Part shown: positions 50,401 to 60,000 of the stretch, one piece after another
How positions within the stretch are numbered: position 1 is the stretch's first letter
Layout: each line of letters begins with the position of its first letter
Source: Mobula hypostoma
Taxonomy: Eukaryota
Length of the DNA: 60,000 bases
Direction of reading: 5' to 3'
Assembly (NCBI RefSeq): GCF_963921235.1
Contig: NC_086097.1
Location: 75,890,001 to 75,950,000 of the forward strand
Program-made: the position numbers and the translations under genes
The notes under the pieces: model-generated
Seen by the model: only the letters and a program-made list of their open reading frames with translations
What the model was told of the DNA's origin: nothing
Database searches by the model: none

Positions 50401-50872
50401 AGAGAAGGTTTACAAGGATGTTGCCGGGACTTGAGAAACTCAGTTACAGAGAAAGGTTGAGTAGGTTAGGACTTTATTCCCTGGAGCGTAGAAGAATGAG
50501 GGGAGATTTGATAGAGGTATATAAAATTATGATGGGTATAGATAGAGTGAATGCAAGCAGGCTTTTTCCACTGAGGCAAGGGGAGAAAAAAAACAGAGGA
50601 CATGGGTTAAGGGTGAGGGGGGAAAAGTTTAAAGGGAACATTGGGGGGGCTTCTTCACACAGAGAGTGGTGGGAGTATGGAATGAGCTGCCAGACGAGGT
50701 GGTAGATGCGGGTTTTTTTTTAACATTTAAGAATAAATTGGACAGATACATGGATGGGAGGTGTATGGAGGGATATGGTCCGTGTGCAGGTCAGTGGGAC
50801 TAGGCAGAAGCTAGTTCGGCACAGCCAAGAAGGGCCAAAGGGCCTGTTTCTGTGCTGTAGTTTCTATGGTTA
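47500..50872 (+). mobile_element. Young CR1 LINE: ORF1 SGNH-esterase C-terminus and near-intact ORF2 (APE-RT)
   Basis: VVHIGTNDI...DGLHLN (ORF1); IYFNARS, ETWL, YYRPP, GDFN, SDHN; QHGF, DFSKAFDKVPH, SGVPQGSVLGP, KFADDTK; lesions near 48062, 49312 and 50645. Confidence 0.95.
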
Positions 50873-50999
50873 TCTCCAGCTCAGGGGAAAAGGGAGCCTG
50901 TCCATTGGGGTTGGCTTCACCTAAATCGGACTGCAGCAAAGTGTAATAGTAATGGAATGAATTAAAGGTCTTTTATTCAAATTCACAAATAGTTTTAGT

Positions 51000-52010
51000 A
51001 AGACAATTTGTTGGAACAAATAAAGATATATATCTGAAAGTTAGAGGTAGATCCAAAATTCAAAGCTGGCTTGGTGGTAGGAAGCAGAGGATGGTGCTTA
51101 TAGGTTCCTTCTTGCAATGGAGTACATTGACTAGAGGTGTGCTACAGGGGTTAGTGTCTGGACCTTTGTTATTTGTTCTGTACATAAATATTTTGGTGTA
51201 AATGCACAAAGTTTGATTAATATGCTCACAAATGACATGAAATTAGAGGTGTTGCTGATACTGAAGAAGGTTAATGTAGATTAGTCAGGGAAGAGAGGCG
51301 AGTAGTGGCAAATGGACTTCAGTACAGACAAATGTGAGGTGATACAATTTGTAATTTCAAACCAGCAAAGGACTTACACTACGAATGGCAGTGCACGATG
51401 GAGTGCAATAGAAGAGAAGGAGGTAAGAGTACAAATGCATAGTTCATTGAAAGCAGTAGAGTAGACAGTGATTGTAAAAAAGGCATTTGGCACACCGGCA
51501 TTCATCAGTCAGGGCACTGAGTACTGGAGTTCGGACATCACACTGCAGTTGTACAAGTCATTGGTGAGGCTGCACTGTGTACAGATTTGGTCACCCTGTC
51601 ACAGGAAAGATATGGTTAAACTGGAAAAAAGAGTGCAGAAACGATTTACGAGGATGTTGCCAGGACCAGAAGGCTGGAAGTTTAGGCAGAGGGTTGGCCA
51701 GGTTAGGTCGTTATTCCCTGGAACAATGCAGAACAAAGAGTGACTATATAAAAATGTTTAAAATTATGAGAGGCATAGATAAGTGGATGGTAACTGTCTG
51801 TCTCCAGGATAGGGGAGGCCATAACCGGGTGTGGGGGGGGGGGGGATAGATTTCGAAGGGACCTGAGAGGCAACTTGTTCACACAGACAACAGTGAGTAC
51901 ATGGAATGAGCTCGCAGAGGAAGTGGTTGAGGCATGTACAATAGTATCATTTATGAACACTTGGATAGGGAACAATGGCAGGGGGATGACATCAGGGACA
52001 TGGGATGAAT
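51000..52010 (+). mobile_element. Decayed CR1 ORF2 3' fragment
   Basis: QLYKSLVRLHCVQIWSPCHRKD...VQKRFTRMLPG, WNELAEEVVEA. Confidence 0.8.
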
Positions 52011-52014
52011 GCAG

Positions 52015-52965
52015 GAAATTTGGCATACCGCAGGGACGTATGCCCCACTGCTCTACTCTCTTTACACCCATCACTTTGTGGCTAGGCACAGCTCAAATGC
52101 AATCTATAAATTTGCTGATGATACAACCATTGTTGGCAGAATTTCAAATGGCAACGAGGAACATACCAGCTAGTTGAGTGGTGTCACAGCAATAACCTTG
52201 CACTCAACATCAGTAAGACAAAAGCGTTGATTGTGGACCAGGAAGGAACATGAACCAATCCTCATAGAAGGATTAGAAGTTGAGAGAGTGAGCAATTTCA
52301 AGTTCCTAGGTGTCAAGCTCTCTGTGGATCTAACCTGGTTGCTACATATCAATGCAGCTACAAAGAAAACAAGACAGCAGCTATATTTCATCAGGAGTTT
52401 GAGAAGATTTGGTCTGTCACCTAAAATATTTGAAAATTTCTACAGATGTACCATGGAGAACACTCTGACAGGCTGCATCACAGTCTGGAATGAGGTGGGG
52501 CTACTGCACAGGACCGAAAGCTACAGAAAAGTTGTAAAATTAGTCAGCTCCATCATGGGTACTAGCCTCTGTAATATCCAAGACATCTTCAAGGAGTGGT
52601 GCCTCAGAAAAGCGGCATCCATTATTAAGGACCCCCACTACCTATGTAGGTCATGCCCTGTTCTCTGTAACCATTAGGAAGGAGGTACAGAAGCCTAAAG
52701 GCACACACTGAACAATTTAGGAACACCTTCTTCACCTCTGCCATCTGATTTCTGAATGGACATTGAACCCGTGAACTCTACCTCACTTTATTACTATTTC
52801 TGTTTTTTCACTATTATTTTTAAATTTAACTATTTAGTATACATACATATACTGTCACTGCAATTCATTTTTTTCTCTATTTTTCATGTATTAGATTGTA
52901 CTCCCTGCCGCAAAATTCACAAATTTTACAACCTATGCCAGTGATAGTAAACCTGATTCTGATAG
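52015..52965 (+). mobile_element. Decayed Rex1/Babar LINE 3' fragment
   Basis: YKFADDTT, VERVSNFKFLGV, FYRCTMENTLTGCITVW; aaacctgattctga tail. Confidence 0.82.
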
Positions 52966-53733
52966 ATAAATGGCAATGTAGTCGTCATAGACTTAATGGG
53001 ACAAAGGACCATTAGATGTGCGGTATTGTTCTATGACTCCATGTTTAATTTAGCCATGGGGATCAGAGCGGGGGGGCTGAATATTCCAGAAAAACAGGTG
53101 AAATGGAGGTGGGTGGTAGGTGGCATCTCTAACACCAAGGATAATATAGAGACAAAATGGGAAAGAACTCTGGGGTGGAAAATCAAGGTGGAATCAATTA
53201 AGGTGAAGATGGGGAATGACAAGGGGTAGCCCAAGGTCCTCTGATAGTAACTGTAGTGTTGGGCAGACTAAACAACTGAGCAAAACAGATGACTCATAAC
53301 AAAGGAACATAAGTAACAATGGACCACTTTAATATGGGAGTAATAAAGACATGATCATGAAATGCTTTGTAGACTGAATGAAGCATCAGCCTATTTTAGA
53401 TCTGTTCATCTGTAATGACTAATAACCACTGATCTCAGAATAATAAAAAAAATCCTCTGGAGAAGGCTGATCATAATATGATAGAATTTGAGAGTGATAA
53501 ATTTAAATCTAAAACAAGAGCATGAGACATGAATACAGACAATGGATGGGAATGAGGATGAACTGGCCAAAATAGATTTTTAAAATTGAACTGTATGATG
53601 GCAGATAAACAATGCAATGCTTTAAGACAGGTTTTATAAATTTCATTCAGAAAATGACATAATGGGAAAAGTGATCCATCCATGGTTAAGGATGGTGCTA
53701 AATTGAAAGAAAAGGCTCATAAAACTCAATGGG

Positions 53734-55190
53734 TTGTCCACGGGAATGGTACTGGAGGATTGGAGGGAGGCGAATGTTGTCCCCTTGTTCAAAAAAGGTA
53801 GTAGCGAGAGTCCGGGTAATTGTAGACCAGTGAGCCTTACATCTGTGGTGGGAAGGCTGTTGGAAAAGATTCTTAGAGATAGGATCTCTGGGCATTTAGA
53901 GAATCATGGTCTGATCAGGGACAGTCAGCATGGCTTTGTGAAGGGGGCAGATCGTGTCTAACAAGCCTGACAGAGTTCTTTGAGGAGGTGACCAGGCATA
54001 TAGATGAGGGTAGTGCAGTGGATGTGATCTATATGGATTTTAGTAAGGCATTTGACAAGGTTCCACACAGTAGGCTTATTCAGAAAGTCAGAAGGCATGG
54101 GATCCAGGGAAGTTTGGCCAGGTGGATTCGGAATTGGCTTGCCTGCAGAAGGTAGAGGATCGTGGTGGAAGGAGCACATTCAGATTGGAGGATTGTGACT
54201 AGTGGTGTCCCACAAGGATCTGTTCTGGGACCGCTACTTTTCGTGATTTTTATTAACGACCTGGTTGTGGGGGTAGAAGGGTGGGTTGGCAAGTTTGCAG
54301 ACGACACAAAGATTGGTGGTGTTGTAGATCGTGTGGAGGATTGTCAAAGATTGCAGAGAGACATTGATAGGATGCAGAAGTAGGCTGAGAAGTGGCAGAT
54401 GGAGTTCAACCCGGAGAAGTATGAGATGGTACACTTTGGAAGGACAAACTCCAAGGCAGAGTACAAAGTAAATGGCAGGATACTTGGTAGTGTGGAGGAG
54501 CAGAGGGATCTGGGGGTACATGTCCACAGATCCCTGAAAGTTGCTTCACAGGTGGATAGGGTAGTTAAGAAAGCTTATGGGGTGGTAGCTTTCATAAGTC
54601 AAGGGATAGAGTTTAAGAGTTGCGATGTAATGATGCAGCTCTATAAAACTCTGGTTAGGCCACACTTGGAGTACTGTGTCCAGTTCTGGTCGCCTCACTA
54701 TAGGAAGGATGTGGAAGCATTGGAAAGGGTACAGAGGGGATTTACCAGGATGCTGCCTGGTTTAGAGAGTATGCATTATGATCAGAGATTAAGGGAGTTA
54801 GGGCTTTACCCTTTGGAGAAAAGGAGGATGAGAGGAGACATGATAGAGGTGTACAAGATAATAAGAGGAATAGATAGAGTGGACAGCCAGCGCCTCTTCT
54901 CCAGGGCACCACAGCTCAATACAAGAGGACGTGGCTTTAAGGTAAGGGGTGGAAAGTTCAAGGGGGATATTAGAAGAAGGTTTTTTACTCAGAGAGTGGT
55001 TGGTGTGTGGAATGCACTGCCTGAGTCAGTGGTGGAGGCAGATACACTAGTGAAGTTTAAGAGACTGCTAGACAGGTATATGGAGGAATTTAAGGTGGGG
55101 GCTTATATGGGAGGCGGGGTTTGAGGGTCGGCACAACATTGTGGGCTGAAGGGCCTGTACTGTGCTGTACTATTCTATGTTTGATGTTCA
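53734..55190 (+). mobile_element. CR1 LINE, 5'-truncated RT and 3' UTR
   Basis: EDWREANVVPLFKKG, SQHGF, SGVPQGSVLGP, KFADDTK, RPHLEYCVQFWSP; a frameshift and TAG stops; tattctatgtt tail. Confidence 0.92.
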
Positions 55191-55217
55191 AGGAAAAGTC
55201 ACAGACTTTGGGGTCTG

Positions 55218-55275
55218 TTGGGGTCATCTATTGTGCCCGGTGCTCCCAATGTGGCCTCCTCTACATTGGTGATTG
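55218..55275 (+). mobile_element. Short Penelope GIY-YIG N-terminal fragment
   Basis: GVIYCARCSQCGLLYIG. Confidence 0.65.
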
Positions 55276-56309
55276 ATATTGAGTAAACAAAATCATGGGT
55301 AGGGTTGTGGCTGGTGGGAAAAGAACATGAAAAGAATGAAGCATTGGAACAGCTGTGTATTGCTTTTCGAAGCTATATCTAGGGTACAGTGTACTGATTT
55401 GGTCTTCTTTAAGGAAGGTTAAACTTGCCTTAGAGGCAGTACAACAAAGGATCATGTCACTGATTCCTGGAATGAGAGGATCCTGTTATCAGGAATGATT
55501 GAGCAGAATGGTTGTGGGGGGAATGACAGGGTGACAATGATAAGGATATCTCCCCTGCTCGGGAAGACTAGAATTTGAAAGCATTGAACTTAGCCCTTTA
55601 AAATTTGTTCTCTCAGAGGGTTGCGATGCGTTAGCATTCTTTAACCCAGCAAGCTATGACTCTGGGCATTTACTACACATAGGTTTGAAATGGATTTTTG
55701 TATTACAGGACAATCAAAGATGAATAGGGTTGAGCAAGAAAATGGGGTTGAGGCTAAAGGCCAGATCAGCCATCAGCTTACGAACTGGTGTGAAGAGGCA
55801 AGGGATCATACAGCCTACTCCTGATTTTACTACTTTTGTATAAAATTATTAGCTCAGAAAAAGACCTTGCAGTAATGCAAATTTTGAGCAAATGTTCACT
55901 TTATCAACTTTTCCGTTTGATCAGAAAAAAACAAAGTCTTATGCAGTGATCACAGAGGGTTTATTTTGCACAGTTATCAAACAACATGTTGAGGTGGCTT
56001 GATAAAATCACTGGGTTTAAACAGATCAGCAATGGCTGGTGTCCTTTTTGTCTCCGTTCTTTGATCTATTTGCATAATATTTTTTCTGCATTTCAGGATG
56101 GGCCTGTTGTAGCTCATTAAAATTATACATAGTCTTAATTATATCAATATTAACATATATTTTATATTAATTATGTATATTTTGGCTTCTGAACTACCTA
56201 AAACTGGATTATCTAACAATATTTGTTTTTACTCTTCCTCGATCATAATATTGTTAAACACATAGTACAAAAAGCTGAAAGATGGTTCCATTTGTTCTTC
56301 AGAGAAATA

Positions 56310-57124
56310 TAATGAATTCCAGTTAATTGAGCCATTTGTTAATTGGGTCATCTGGGACAACTTTTAAAGAACAAAATTTAATCGAGAAAATTGCTGTGAT
56401 CTTCATTTTTTTCTGAAAACTATACATCTTAATTGGAGCAGGAGACTGTTACCAAATAGGTTCTAACTAGCGTCAGTTGTGTGCACTTGTGTGGCCATTA
56501 GACATTGCACCATGTTAGGGCAAACAGTTTTTATATAGTATCAGCTGCATGTGTTTGTGTTCAAAAAGCAGTGATCTTTGTCACTGATAGTCGATGAGAA
56601 ATAAGCAGTAAGACAATTCGGAACTGTTTTGATCCCTGCTGTTTCAAGCATTCAGGCTTAGAGTTGCCAGGAATGACCGGGAGTGTAAATAAAATGTTTT
56701 CACTATTTCAACGAGTTAGGATCTACGAAGAATTTGAAGGTATCAAAAATAATCTTGAACGTTACAATTAAAATGACGATGTGGAGGATGCATCATCAAT
56801 AGCATTGTATGAAGGCAATTCATCATCTATATTAGATGTCTGCGCTGGTTTTGTTCAGTTAAAGTCAATCAAAAGAACACAGCAGTGTACACTGGATGAA
56901 TTCCTCCATGGATAACTATTAGGAACTAATACACAGTTTTATCTGTAGTACTGTTGCTAGTATCCTAATTTGTTCTGTATTTCATTAAAATACATAATTT
57001 GTTACTCAGTTTATTATTTACACCTTTTTAACTATTTCTATGATACTTTGGCTAATTGGTGCAGCTGCTTAATTGTGTTAAAATATACTGGTCCCAATGT
57101 GTCCCAATTAACCGGACTCCACTT
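56310..57124 (+). mobile_element. Pogo/Tigger-like non-autonomous DNA transposon
   Basis: TA-flanked imperfect TIRs (aatgaattccagttaattgagcca / tgtcccaattaaccggactccactt); residual ISSKTIRNCF and QQCTLDEF C-terminal motifs. Confidence 0.65.
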
Positions 57125-57199
57125 TATTACATTATTTCACCATACAACTATAAAGATTATAAATGTTAACTGTAGTTTCTCAATATTATTTGCTATAAA

Positions 57200-57973
57200 G
57201 ACATAGATCACTACAGTGTAGAAACAGGTCCCTTGGGCCCATCTGGTCTGTGCGGAAATGTTATTCTGCCTTGTTCTATCAACTCGCACCTGCACTATAG
57301 CCCTCCACATCCCTAACACCCATATGCCTATCCAAACTTCTCTTTAATGATGCAATTGAACCTGCATCCACCATTTTCACTGGCAGCTCATTCCATACTC
57401 ACACCACCCTCTGAGTAAAGAAGTTTCCCCTCAGGTTCTCCTTAAATGTTTCACCTTTCACTCTTAACCTGTGACCTCTAGTTTACAGTCTCACCCAACA
57501 TCAATGGTTTTACCATTTTTGCATTTACCCTATCTATACCCTTCATTATTCTATCAAATCTCCCCTCATTCTGCTACACTCCAGAGAATAAAGTCATAAC
57601 CTATTTAACTTTTTCCCTCAACTCACATCCTTAAGTCCCAGCAACATCCTTGTAAATTTTCTGTGTACTCTTTCAATCTTATTGATAACTTTCCTGTAGC
57701 TAGGTGGCCAGAGCTACACATAATACTCTCAATATGACCTCATTAATGTTTTATACAACTTCAACATAACATCCCCACTCCCGTACTCAATTCTTTGATT
57801 TATGAAGGTTAATGCACCAAAAGCTCTCCTTACAATCCTATCTACATGTGGTGCCACTTTTAAGCAACTATGAATCTGTATTCCCAGATCCCTTTCTTCT
57901 ATCACACTCCTCAGTGCTCTACCATTCACTGTACGTCCTACCCTGGTTTGTCCTCCCAAAGTACAACACCTCA
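57200..57973 (-). mobile_element. CR1 3' fragment (continues past 58659)
   Basis: GRTVNGRALRSVIEERDLGIQIH...VDRIVRRAFGALTFI. Confidence 0.85.
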
Positions 57974-58658
57974 TTTTTTTTTAAGAGTATGAGGACACTC
58001 AGTCCTCGTTTATTGTCATTTAGAAATGCATGCATTAAAAAATGATACAATGTTCCTCCGGTATGATATCACAGAAACACAAGACATACCGAGACTAAAA
58101 CTGACAAAACCCACATAATTATAACATATAGTTACAACAGTGCAAAGCAATACCGTAATTTGATAAGAGCAGACCATGGGCACGGTAAAAAAAAAGTCCC
58201 AAAGTCCCGATAGCCCAACATCTCACGCAGACGGTAGAAGGGAGAAACTCTCCCTGCCATGAGATTCCAGCGGTGCAAACTTGCCAATGTGGCATCCTGG
58301 AAGCACCCGACCACAGTCCAACTCTGAGTCCATCCGAAAACTTCGAGCCTCTGACCAGCCCTCCGACACCAAGCACCAGCCCTACTGAGCGCTTTGACCC
58401 CAGTCCCGGCCGCCAAGCAATAGGCAAAGTCCAGGATTCAGGGCCTTCCCCCCCGGAGATTTCGGATCACACAGTACCAGTGGCAGCAAAACAGGCATTT
58501 CAGAAGTTTCACCAGATGTTCCTCCGTGCTCTCACGTTTGCTTCCTTCAAATCAGAATTGTGCACTGCATCCTACTTGACAGATTACAGATATTCATCAC
58601 CGGAGAGGCCACACGCGCTGCGTCGCGCTGCCATCTTCTCCTCACGCCGTTTTTTTGT
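57974..58658 (-). mobile_element. Non-coding non-autonomous retroposon inserted in CR1
   Basis: Minus 5' end gaggagaagatggcagcgcgacgc; 3' aataaac, hairpin GAGGACtgagtGTCCTC and A-tail; interrupts CR1 at cctca. Confidence 0.6.
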
Positions 58659-60000
58659 CCTCATACTTGTCTGAATTAAGTTCCAACAGCCATTTTTCCT
58701 GCTGGCCTAGATTCTGCTATAAGCATTGATAGCCTTCCTCTCTACCCACTGTTATCTTTCTCTCAACATCTGTTTGCTTCTACTCCAATAGGATTCCCTA
58801 ACAACGTTGTATGTGAAACCCATTGCACAGAGCTAAAGAATAATTTGCCGATATATTGGGACTGCGTGGAGACAACTACATATGGTGGAAGAACAAAGTA
58901 ATTTAAGTTTACAAATGGAGAAACTTCACCTTACTAGAATTCAAAGCAAATTTACAAACTGTCTTCTTCTTCTTCTACTACTAAGTGATTATATACATTA
59001 TGTGACTGTGTTTTAATTGAGGAGACATTGCTTTAAACTTCAATATATTTTCTGATTCTGAACAAAGCTGAACCACACATTTTGTCAAATAATCAGTAAA
59101 TGTGCTTAAAAACCTCTGCTCCTTTTTTGCAGCAGCAGTTTACCCACATAAAGTTCTTGTTGCACAGAACAGAATATGCTTTTAGAGAGAAGCAGATTGA
59201 AGATTTAACAATGAAAGTATGAAGGATTGTGTATTAAATTGTTTAGTTTCCTCTTATGTTTTAACAAAGATGGTCTAGTCATTCTAACAGTCAAAATGTA
59301 CGTCATCATCAACTCAGCTATTGAAGTTCAGAGTACGTGATGTAGGTCTTTTCTGTCAAATATATTTGATCCCTCCTCTCTAAGTGTTTGATATTTCAAA
59401 GCAAAGTACACACTTCTCAGAAGCCTCATTTGGCGATGTGACATTTCAGCTCTGCATGGGTTAGACTAGATAATGCATTTTACCCTTAAATAGGTGGCAA
59501 TTGGAGTCTGTGTACGTTTCAACATCCAAAGACGACGTAACCCCAGGACCTCAGAGGGTAGCTCTGATGTGTAGCAGCACAGCAGAAAAAAAAATTCCTC
59601 TTAAGACTAGTCATGTATTTATTTGTCAGTTACTTTGTTTTTTTTAACCCTTTACTCTCATCAAGTAAGGTTTTTCCAAAAGGTACCTACCCCACAGTTC
59701 AAATGAGGACATGGTTTCAGTTTAAATAAAGGCCATCTCCAGGGAATGAATGGGTTCTCTTCTTACAGACGTCCTCAGGCATATACAAGTTGATTTTGTA
59801 TGTTGGGACTGTCCACTAGGAATAAGTTGATCATTGGAACATCAGACTTTTGAATTTAATAATATTATGGGGACTTGTTCTTGTGTTTGGGTTCCCTTAA
59901 GTTGGTCATTTGTAATGCAGGGCAGCTTGGACCAGGTTTCACTCATGTTTCAACCTCTGGCTGACACAAATGCCTATTTGTCTTTTAAACAAGTTGTGGG

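Noticed and set aside
1..60000. CRISPR array or prokaryotic defence/operon system
   Set aside because: The sequence is a spliced vertebrate gene with interspersed TEs; the repeats are dispersed or inverted, not regularly spaced with unique spacers.

Overview
Eukaryotic, repeat-rich vertebrate DNA. The repeat complement (CR1, Penelope-like, Rex1/Babar, L2, tRNA-derived SINEs) suggests a cartilaginous fish, probably a ray; this is an inference. The only host gene is RASGRP1 on the minus strand. Six internal coding exons (equivalent to human exons 3-8; REM domain and first half of the CDC25 RasGEF domain) lie at 32141-32036, 23291-23229, 17450-17319, 13666-13513, 4990-4817 and 1038-922, and they splice in frame. 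The rest of the window is intronic; exons 1-2 were not found and probably lie beyond 60000. Main observations: (i) the 8.7-kb intron between exons 3 and 4 is a U12-type AT-AC minor-spliceosome intron (ATATCCTTT ... TTCCTTAAT ... AC); (ii) Penelope-like element ends carry minimal type-I hammerhead ribozyme motifs, several on the pre-mRNA strand; (iii) three of these inserted as fold-back units with 13-14 bp target-site duplications; (iv) a full-length Passport-like Tc1 transposon is nested in a CR1; (v) a candidate lymphoid enhancer motif cluster lies next to exon 4. Most ORFs in the track are transposon fragments or noise. No wholly new biological system could be demonstrated from sequence alone.
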